DNA of 64,000 nt, from NCBI GenBank assembly GCA_965116565.1, contig OZ220699.1:483589-547588 (forward strand). Reading direction: 5' to 3'. Under the pieces are notes generated by a model, which made no database searches, was not told where the DNA came from, and saw nothing but the letters and a program-made list of their open reading frames with translations. Source of the DNA: Dehalococcoidia bacterium (GTDB taxonomy: Bacteria; Chloroflexota; Dehalococcoidia; Lucifugimonadales; UBA3495). Position numbers and translations under genes: made by a program. Shown here one piece after another: positions 9,919 through 17,060 of this stretch (position 1 is its first letter; each line of letters begins with the position of its first letter).

Positions 9919-9967
9919 TAGTGCCTAGCACTATAATAGCACGGGGTGCTAATAGCGGCAAGCACTA
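9919..9967 (-). promoter_or_regulatory. Three tandem 6-3-6 palindromes overlapping a putative minus-strand promoter
   Basis: TAGTGC-CTA-GCACTA, TAGCAC-GGG-GTGCTA, TAGCGG-CAA-GCACTA; TTGCCG(9956-61)-N17-TATTAT(9933-38) on minus strand. Confidence 0.55.
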
Positions 9968-10025
9968 ATAACCATTCCGTGGACACCATCTGCTGGGTCG
10001 GCAGTAGGCTGCACACCAGCCAAAC

Positions 10026-10060
10026 ATGAAGGGGGCAGCACGCGTAGCTGCCCCCCTCAT
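10026..10060. repeat. REP-like hairpin / possible terminator of the selenoprotein gene
   Basis: GGGGGCAGC-ACGCGTA-GCTGCCCCC, extended by ATGA/TCAT. Confidence 0.65.
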
Positions 10061-10085
10061 ATTGTCGCGTCAGCGAGCCGTGATT

Positions 10086-11807
10086 TTACCCAACGTCCTC
10101 CACCGGCACCGTCGCGATGCCATACGTCCCGTAGAAGAAGTTGGCGTAGTGGGTGGAACCGCCGGTGACCCACAGCAGGTACTGGTCCGGATCCTCCAGC
10201 GCCGGGATGGTGGCGTCCGGGTCGTCGGCAAGGTGCTGAAGCTCGGGGTGGGCCAGCCACTTGCCGTTCTCGTCGGTGGGCACGCCGTTGCGGATGGCAT
10301 CCTGCAATGACGCGCGGCAACGCTCGTGCAGCCACTCCTGGGCGTCGCGCTTGCTGAAGCCGGCGTTGTTCAGTATGACCGCGCGCGACGGGCTGAGCAT
10401 GATCGGATGGTACGGGCCCTGGTAGGACACGCGCTCGTTGGTGTGGCCAACTTGCGCGGACTGCGGACCCTTGATCCACGCGCCACCGCCGGCGTGGCGG
10501 TAGAACATCATGGACGCGATGTTGTTCAGCGTGTCCAGGTGGTTCTTTGAGGCGTTGTCCAGCACGTCCGTCGGGCCGGTGACGGTTACCACCGTGACCG
10601 CGCTCTCGTCGGGCCGGAACCCCTTGTCCACGTGGTAGGGCTGCCACGGGCTGACCTCTTCGTTCTCGGCAATGCACATGCCGAACTTGGTGGGCAGGCC
10701 GATGAAGTTGGGGTCGCCGGCGCCGGCCTTGCAGTAGCCGATGTTGATGAGGCACAGGCGCAGGGCGCGCCCGATGGCGGTGTTGGCCTTGTTGACCACG
10801 CCGGGCCCCATGGCCGACGTGCCGTAGTTGATGCCGGCCCGGTCCGCTATTGGACCGTTGACCAGAATCAGCGGGGCCTCGGTGTGGCCCGACACCTGCA
10901 TGTCCCGGTGGTTGCTCTCCGGCTGGGCGATGCACTCGATGGCGGCCAGCAGGATGGGGAACTGCTCCGGACGGCAGCCGGCCATGACCGCGTTGATGGC
11001 GATCTTTTCCACGGTGGCCAGGCCGAAGCCGGGCTCCATGACCATCACCACGTCCTGCGGCGCGCGGCGCGTGCCCTTCAGCATGGCCTCCACCAACTCG
11101 GGCGTGGGCGGAACCACGGGCATCCCGTCGCTCCAGTCCCGCTCCTCCATGAATCGGTTGACGGCATCGATGCCCCACGGCGATTCGTCCAGCGTGACGG
11201 TGAACACGTCGGTCTCGCTGTGGCCGTTGGTCATGCCGGACAGGTCGGCCGTCGCCGACATGCGGGTGAGGCCGAGGATGATGTTGTCAATCTGCTCGTC
11301 CACCATGCTGTGGATGTAATCGGACTGCTGCCCGGTGCAGGCGTGGGGGATGGTGACGAACGCCGTCGCGGGCTGGCCCCAGCCGTCCACACAGGACTGC
11401 CAGGCACGGGCGAAACTGCGGGCGGCGATGCCGACGGCGGGGATGCCGGCCCTCTCCATAGCTACCATGTCGTGGGCAAGCCACGACGTGCAGCCCCCTC
11501 AATGGGCGGCGGCGCCCACCATGGCGTCAACCTCGTTGGAGATGATTGCCGCCTCGGCCTCGTCGATGTGCACGCCGCGGCTGAGGGAGGGACGGCCATC
11601 ACGCCGGGGGCCGCCGTAGCTCTCGAACTTCACGTTGGAGTAACGTCGGGCGATGTGCTCGGCCACCCGGTCAACGGCCACGCCGGCGCCGCCGGTCATG
11701 TTGTCGTAAAGGCCGATGGTCTTGCCCTCCAGGGTGTCCAGGCGGGGGGCCGGCGGAACTTTGAAATCCACCCGCGCGGCGGCGGGAGACATTATTCGCA
11801 GCTGCAT
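10086..11807 (-). CDS. UGSC-family selenoprotein (UxxC thioredoxin-like domain fused to a large partner domain), ~573 aa, Sec at TGA 11499-11501
   Basis: ORFs 11499..11807 and 10086..11468 are in frame: ...VGAAAH-TGA-GGCTSWLAHDMVAMERAGIP...; hairpin downstream of UGA. Confidence 0.85.
11469..11487 (-). promoter_or_regulatory. Candidate bacterial SECIS element
   Basis: GUCGUGG-CUUGC-CCACGAC, perfect 7-bp stem starting after an 11-nt spacer 3' of the UGA. Confidence 0.65.
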
Positions 11808-11901
11808 GGTCGTTTCATCCTATGGTGAGTTTTGGGGATTCTGGCATGTATTGGGCGGCTTGGCAACTTTGGGGCCGTTGGGCTGTGCTACGATGCTGGG
11901 C

Positions 11902-12645
11902 ATGCGCGCGCTGGTGGTGTCCGACATTCACTCGAACCTGGAGGCGTTTGACGCCGTGCTGGCCGATGCGGAGAGACGCGGCGGCTATGACACCGTATGG
12001 TTCCTGGGAGACCTGGTGGGTTACGGAGCCGATCCCGGCGCGTGCATCGAGCGACTGCGGGGCCTGCCGCACATCGCCATCGCGGGCAACCATGACCACG
12101 CGGTTACCGGCAAGCTGGACCCCGACCTGTTCAACGGCGCGGCGCGGGCGGCGGCCCTGTGGACTGCCCATGCACTCTCCAAAGACGAGATGACGTACCT
12201 GGCCGGACTGCCCGAGGTGCGCACGGTGGACGATTTTACCCACGTGCACGGGAGCCTGCGCGATCCGGTGATGGAGTACCTGATCAGCGAGCCGGCGGCG
12301 TTGGCCACGTTCGCGCTGATGGCGACGCCGTTCTGCCTGGTGGGGCACTCGCACTATCCGATCGTGTGGACGGAGAACGAGCACGGCGCGGACGTTGCGC
12401 TGCTGGACGAAACGGAACCGCTCATGCTGAGCGCGGAGCAGCGGGTGATCGTCAACCCGGGCAGCGTGGGCCAGCCCAGGGACGGAGACTGGAGGGCGTC
12501 GTACCTGCTTTATGACAGCGAGATCGGCGGCGCGGGCGCGCTGGAGCACCGCCGCGTCGAGTACGACATCGCGACGGCGCAGCGCAAAATTCGCGCGGCA
12601 GGCTTGCCGGAATCGCTGGCGGACCGGCTGGGGCGTGGGCATTAG
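11902..12645 (+). CDS. Metallophosphoesterase (calcineurin-like, YfcE-type)
   Basis: SDIHSN, GDLVGYG, GNHD, HGS, GHSH, NPGSVGQPRD; start reassigned to ATG 11902. Confidence 0.92.
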   Translation: MRALVVSDIHSNLEAFDAVLADAERRGGYDTVWFLGDLVGYGADPGACIERLRGLPHIAIAGNHDHAVTGKLDPDLFNGAARAAALWTAHALSKDEMTYLAGLPEVRTVDDFTHVHGSLRDPVMEYLISEPAALATFALMATPFCLVGHSHYPIVWTENEHGADVALLDETEPLMLSAEQRVIVNPGSVGQPRDGDWRASYLLYDSEIGGAGALEHRRVEYDIATAQRKIRAAGLPESLADRLGRGH

Positions 12646-12848
12646 GCGATTGGAGTAAAATAATTCAAATGAGCGTGAGAACTCATTCCCAACTCACGAA
12701 TGCCAAACGGCTCTCTGAATCTCGCGCCACTGCCTGAATCAGCAACTGTTACAATTGGCCGGAACAAGCGCAAGGATTCGACTGGCGACGCGCCGCAATT
12801 ATAGTCTCGGAGGAGGAGCCTCGGGGAAGGAGCCTCAGGAGGAACACC

Positions 12849-13139
12849 ATGCCTGCTATCAAGACTCGGCTGGAGGGAGCCTTGGAAGCGAGACGTCGTG
12901 CAAGGGCGAATCCGACGGTAACCCGCAGCCGCTACTCGTTGCGTCGTTTCCTCAAAGCAGCCCACGAGGCGCTCGCGGCAGGTGATGATCCCAAAGCAGT
13001 GGACATGGCGGCGCGCATCTATGTTCACGAAGACTTACGAGGCCGCGTCAACACCATACTTGCGCGCAGCCTGCATGACAAAACTGCAAACCGTTCCCGC
13101 CTGCGCTTAGACAGGTTGAATCGGCGGTCCGAACTGTAG
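12849..13139 (+). CDS. Divergent ribosomal protein S20 (bS20)-like basic protein
   Basis: MPAIK...RRRARAN...FLKAAHEALAAGD...HDKTANRSRLRL parallels S20 blocks; AGGAGG RBS. Confidence 0.5.
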   Translation: MPAIKTRLEGALEARRRARANPTVTRSRYSLRRFLKAAHEALAAGDDPKAVDMAARIYVHEDLRGRVNTILARSLHDKTANRSRLRLDRLNRRSEL

Positions 13140-13146
13140 ACGTGTC

Positions 13147-13638
13147 ATGTCCAGACGATCCGATCCACAGGATGCCGAAGCAGGTGCGGGGGAGAACGGC
13201 GGCGTTGGTCGATCGTCGACAGATATTACTCCAACAGCGCCTCCCTCACCCAGCGAGTCGTCCAGTGAACGCGACACGTTTGGCGCTGATTTGGCGGGGC
13301 ATCAGATCGGTCAGATCGTGATGCAAGCTTTTTCCCGTCTGTTCTAAACCACGAACGAAGAATCCATTGTCGACGCAGAACTAGCTCACAAAGCCCTTGA
13401 TCTCGACCGGCATGAACTGGACTTGATAAACGAAGAGGCAAAACGTGACCACCAGAGAAAGATGCAAGAAATTAAGATTATCGCGTCTCTGGCGGTCGCG
13501 GCGATGATTGTCATCCTGTTCATATGCGGTTTGGTAGCATGGCGTGCACCTGACAAGCTCCTGGAAATCGTCATACCTACCATCACTGCCATAGGTGGCT
13601 TGTTAGGTGGTTACGGTATAGGACGGGTTAGGCGTTAG
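13147..13638 (+). pseudogene. Membrane protein (disordered N-term, coiled coil, 2 TM) interrupted by in-frame TAA at 13345-13347
   Basis: ORFs 13147..13347 and 13423..13638 share a frame; the intervening codons are open apart from one TAA. Confidence 0.55.
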
Positions 13639-13754
13639 ATTGGTTCGCGACTTGCACAGCCGCCGAGATTGTCGGCGCAGTGTGGGAACGATTACAATCC
13701 GGGGGCGAACTGGACCAAGTACCGAGGCGACGCTGGCAACGAGGACTAAACAAA

Positions 13755-13934
13755 ATGAGCCAGAGCAACGATTTGGAGCGGATTTACCAGGAGCTGCGCC
13801 GGCGGGCGGTGGTGGAGTTTGGCGAGGAGCGCGCCGTGGAACTGGAATCGTACCTGCGGACTGCGGCGCAGCAGATTCACGACGTTGAGGGCGCCGACGT
13901 GCACCCGGACCTGGAGCCGCTGTTCCAGGAATAG
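13755..13934 (+). CDS. Small amidase-partner protein (GatC/AtzG/HpxX-like)
   Basis: 59 aa, helical, C-terminal PDLEPLF motif, GAGGA RBS, directly upstream of an amidase. Confidence 0.55.
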   Translation: MSQSNDLERIYQELRRRAVVEFGEERAVELESYLRTAAQQIHDVEGADVHPDLEPLFQE

Positions 13935-13958
13935 TGGGGGAGTCGAATACTCCCGGCG

Positions 13959-13987
13959 CCCCGGCCCTCGCCCGCGAGGGGAGAGGG
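13959..13987. repeat. Degenerate CCCTCTCCC...GGGAGAGGG-type palindromic repeat
   Basis: ccccggccctcgcccgcgaggggagaggg imperfect hairpin in intergenic gap. Confidence 0.4.
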
Positions 13988-14014
13988 AGTTGAGCCACAC
14001 CGTCAAGAGGTTGG

Positions 14015-15373
14015 ATGATGCCTGAACTTCATGAGCTATCGGTGGTAGAAGCCGCCGCGCAAATTCGCGAGGGAACCATTTCGCCGGTGGCCCTGGCGGA
14101 ATCGCTATTGGCGCGGATTGACGCGCTGGACGGGGACCTTCAGGCCTGGGTCACGATTGACCGGGACGCCGTGCTGGCGATGGCGCGGCAGCGGGAGGCC
14201 GAGGTGCAGAGCGGCGCGGCGCTGGGCCCCATCCACGGCGTGCCGGTGGGTCTGAAGGACATCTTCTACACCGAGGGGATGCTCACCGCGTGCGGCTCCA
14301 AGGTGTACGCCGACTTCGTCCCCAGCTTCGACGCCACGTCGGTGGCCAAGATCAAAGCCGCCGGCGGCATCATTCTGGGCAAGGCGGTCACCACCGAGTT
14401 CGCCACGTCCGACCCATCGCCGACGCGCAATCCCTGGAACCTGGAGCACACCCCCGGCGGTTCCAGCAGCGGGTCGTCGGCCGCGGTGGCGGCGCGCATG
14501 GTGCCGGCGGCGCTGGGCTCGCAGACCGGCGGCTCCACGTGCCGGCCGGCGGCGTACAACGGCATCGTGGGGCTGAAACCCACCTACGGGCGCATCAGCC
14601 GGTATGGAGTCGCGCCGGTGAGCTGGTCGCTGGACCACGTGGGCATCCTCACGCGCACGGTGGCGGACGCCGCGCTGATGCTGATGGTGCTGAGCGGCGA
14701 GGACGACAATGATCCCGGCAGCCTGCGCGAGCCCGTGCCCGACTTCGTGGCGCAGATGACGGAGCACGACCGGCCGCCGCGCATCGGGCTGGTGCGGCAG
14801 TATTACCAGGACTACGCTACGCCCGAGATCTGGGCGCATACGGAGGCGGTTGCCAACCAATTGGCGGAGGCGGGAGCAGAGGTGGAGGAGATCCCGCTGC
14901 CGGACAGCTTCGCCCGGGTGCACAGCTTCCAGCGGGTCGTCATGAACGTGGAGTGCGCCGGATTCCACCAGGCCAACCACCGCATCCGCGCCGCCGATTA
15001 CGGGCCGCGCATACGCGGCGGCATGGAGATGGGAATGATCATGCCCACGTCCACGTACATGAAGGCACAACGGCTGCGCCGGCAGTTCCGCGCCGACATG
15101 AGCGAGATGGCGGCCCGGGTGGACGTGGTGATGACGCCGGCAACGCCGGCGCCCGCGCCGAAGGACCTGAACACCACGGGGGACGCGGCGTTCCAGCAGC
15201 CGTGGACGGCGGCCGGCCTGCCGACGGTGGTGGTATCGACAGGACTGAGCGAGCTTGGGATGCCCATGGCCGTGCAGTTCGGCGGCCCGTGGGGTCAGGA
15301 GGGCCAGGTGCTGGGCGCAGGGCAGTGGTGCGAGCGCATCGCCGGCCTGAACCAGGCGCCGCCCGTTTCTTGA
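14015..15373 (+). CDS. Amidase-signature family enzyme
   Basis: GVPVGLKD (Lys), PGGSSSGS, GSQTGGSTCRPA (Ser-cisSer-Lys triad). Confidence 0.93.
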   Translation: MMPELHELSVVEAAAQIREGTISPVALAESLLARIDALDGDLQAWVTIDRDAVLAMARQREAEVQSGAALGPIHGVPVGLKDIFYTEGMLTACGSKVYADFVPSFDATSVAKIKAAGGIILGKAVTTEFATSDPSPTRNPWNLEHTPGGSSSGSSAAVAARMVPAALGSQTGGSTCRPAAYNGIVGLKPTYGRISRYGVAPVSWSLDHVGILTRTVADAALMLMVLSGEDDNDPGSLREPVPDFVAQMTEHDRPPRIGLVRQYYQDYATPEIWAHTEAVANQLAEAGAEVEEIPLPDSFARVHSFQRVVMNVECAGFHQANHRIRAADYGPRIRGGMEMGMIMPTSTYMKAQRLRRQFRADMSEMAARVDVVMTPATPAPAPKDLNTTGDAAFQQPWTAAGLPTVVVSTGLSELGMPMAVQFGGPWGQEGQVLGAGQWCERIAGLNQAPPVS

Positions 15374-15698
15374 CACCGCCAACCGTTCAGGAACTATAGC
15401 GATGCCCGACAATCAAGAACTGTTGAAACGCATCACGGCTCGTCCGGATGTGTTTGGAGGAAAACCGATTGTTCGCAACATGCGGATATCGGTCGAGCTC
15501 ATCCTGAGCCTTCTGAGCCAGGGAGCCACCACGCAAGAACTGCTGGACGACTACCCTGACTTGGAACCGGAAGACATGCGAGCCTGCGTTGCCTACGCTC
15601 ACGCCGTCATCGCCGGAGACACACTCGGCACGGTTTCAATAGCCGAGACATGACGCCGTTATGCTCAGCGTGCCCGCCCGTTTCTTGACACCCCCAAC
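15359..15698 (+). repeat. 25-bp direct repeat (15359-15383 / 15674-15698) flanking the DUF433 gene
   Basis: CCGCCCGTTTCTTGACACC(G/C)CCAAC, 24/25 identical; contains amidase stop codon and TTGACA. Confidence 0.85.
15402..15653 (+). CDS. DUF433-domain protein (orphan putative antitoxin)
   Basis: RITARPDVFGGKPIVRNMRISVELIL...LLDDYPDLEPEDMRACVAYA. Confidence 0.88.
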   Translation: MPDNQELLKRITARPDVFGGKPIVRNMRISVELILSLLSQGATTQELLDDYPDLEPEDMRACVAYAHAVIAGDTLGTVSIAET

Positions 15699-15713
15699 TG
15701 ATGTTGATAGCCT
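15685..15713 (+). promoter_or_regulatory. Promoter of tRNA pair
   Basis: TTGACA-N17-TAGCCT with TG extension and GC-rich discriminator, 28 nt upstream of tRNA-Lys. Confidence 0.6.
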
Positions 15714-15741
15714 AACTTTTGCGCCTTGTGCGCCGCTCTGT

Positions 15742-15817
15742 GGCCCGCTAGCTCAACTGGCAGAGCAGCTGACTCTTAATCAGCAGGTTCTCGGTTCGAC
15801 CCCGAGGCGGGTCACCA
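15742..15817 (+). tRNA. tRNA-Lys (anticodon CTT)
   Basis: Cloverleaf: GGCCCGC/GCGGGTC acceptor, GCTGA-CTCTTAA-TCAGC anticodon arm, GGTTCGA T-loop, encoded CCA. Confidence 0.97.
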
Positions 15818-15868
15818 TCTCCCAAAATGGTCGATTGGGCCGGTCATGCGCCAATCGGCGGGGGCTCT

Positions 15869-15953
15869 GGGGAAGTGTCGGAATTGGCAGACGAGCATGA
15901 CTTAGGATCATGTGCCCTTGGGCGTGCGGGTTCGAGTCCCGCCTTCCCCACCA
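15869..15953 (+). tRNA. tRNA-Leu (anticodon TAG)
   Basis: GGGGAAG/CTTCCCC acceptor, CATGA-CTTAGGA-TCATG arm, long variable arm, GGTTCGA, CCA. Confidence 0.97.
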
Positions 15954-15966
15954 TCTACGCTTTGGT

Positions 15967-15990
15967 TCCCCGATTCGTTCGGGGATTTTT
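15967..15990 (+). terminator. Rho-independent terminator after tRNAs
   Basis: TCCCCGA-TTCGT-TCGGGGA followed by TTTTT. Confidence 0.8.
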
Positions 15991-16020
15991 GGTTCGTGTG
16001 GATCGCGGAGAAGGCTTCGC

Positions 16021-16521
16021 CTAGCGCGGCCTGATCAGGGTCAACGTGGCAATGTACAGCCTCTCGCTGACTGAGCTCTGCAAGTAGCCGAGGATAGCCG
16101 CTTCGGTTTGACTGAGGTGCCCTCTGGCCTCCTGTGCCGTGATGACGGCGGTGTGATCGTAGTCCGCCGAGTGGCGGAGCTGCTGCATGAGGTCAAATGT
16201 ATCCGCGAAGTTGCGTGCTGGAGCGGAGAATTCATGGCGGTGGCGCCGAAGTTCACGGCGGGCGGGCGAATGGTCAAGTCCACGGTATATGCGCGACCAA
16301 GCAGCGACGGCCAGAGCGTCGCCTGGTGAACCGATGAGCATATCGGCGTTGCTTTCTGCCAGTGCGTGAAAAAGGGCGTAGTAGGCGTTGCTGATGGCCC
16401 TGCGGACGTGCCCGCCGGTGGGAGTGAATACCCCACGTCGCGTGTCGAGGAGGTCGTATCCCGCCTGTACGAGTTGACGCCAATCGACGGGCGTGGGCGG
16501 CAGGCCCCTGGCGGTAGTCAT
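16021..16521 (-). CDS. HEPN-domain protein
   Basis: RRAISNAYYALFHAL and LRHSADYD motifs. Confidence 0.8.
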   Translation of the reverse strand: MTTARGLPPTPVDWRQLVQAGYDLLDTRRGVFTPTGGHVRRAISNAYYALFHALAESNADMLIGSPGDALAVAAWSRIYRGLDHSPARRELRRHRHEFSAPARNFADTFDLMQQLRHSADYDHTAVITAQEARGHLSQTEAAILGYLQSSVSERLYIATLTLIRPR

Positions 16522-16808
16522 CTGCTCAGTTCGCCTCTATCCGAATACGAGATGTTGGGCGGATGGATGATCCCGGCCTTTTGGCAAACGTCGCGCATGT
16601 CGCTGCTGAATTCCAGCATCTTGTGAGGGTCGAGTTCGGGATGATCGTCTTCCAGGATCACGCGGATGTAAACGAAGTCCTCTTCGTCCGGGCCGGTCCG
16701 GTTTTCGGCTTTCACGTCGTTAATGATGAAATCGGCCGACAGGTAGTTGGGCAGTTCGTCCCTGATGATGCCGGCGATTTTTTCCAGGGTTTCGGGATTG
16801 GCGGTCAT
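16518..16808 (-). CDS. Small acidic partner of HEPN gene (possible degenerate nucleotidyltransferase-fold antitoxin)
   Basis: 4-bp overlap with the HEPN gene; start reassigned to ATG 16808 with GAGG RBS. Confidence 0.6.
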   Translation of the reverse strand: MTANPETLEKIAGIIRDELPNYLSADFIINDVKAENRTGPDEEDFVYIRVILEDDHPELDPHKMLEFSSDMRDVCQKAGIIHPPNISYSDRGELSR

Positions 16809-17060
16809 GGTTCCAACCTCTCGGAGTCGCGCTGTCATTTGATGATATTTTGCGCCGGAGACAAGGGTCAAGCAAGGCGGTGTCATTGTGAAAATGCGGG
16901 CCGCAGCCGTTCATGGGCCGAAACGGTTATGTTCGAGGCATGAGGAGTTCTTGTCCTGGCAAGCGCGCAACGGGGATAATGTTCGCGTATGGGATCCGGC
17001 GTTCGTCGAATAAGTTGACCCTCATGGCATTTGCCGATTTTCAAAGCGGAGTCTCTTGAT

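Noticed and set aside
9937-9952. TAGCAC..GTGCTAA resembles the HrcA CIRCE element
   Set aside because: CIRCE is TTAGCACTC-N9-GAGTGCTAA; spacing here is much shorter and no chaperone gene follows
11716-11901. N-terminal extensions in the ORF track (also 3067, 24074, 38529, 38663, 59081, 60147, 61736)
   Set aside because: Family homology and RBS positions support later starts; extensions overlap neighbouring genes or promoters
14015-15373. Calling the amidase gatA
   Set aside because: No gatB adjacent and GSQTGGSTCRP differs from the usual GatA GSDTGGSIRQP
15869-16943. Integrative element at tRNA-Leu
   Set aside because: No integrase and no repeat of the tRNA 3' end seen downstream; only a HEPN pair
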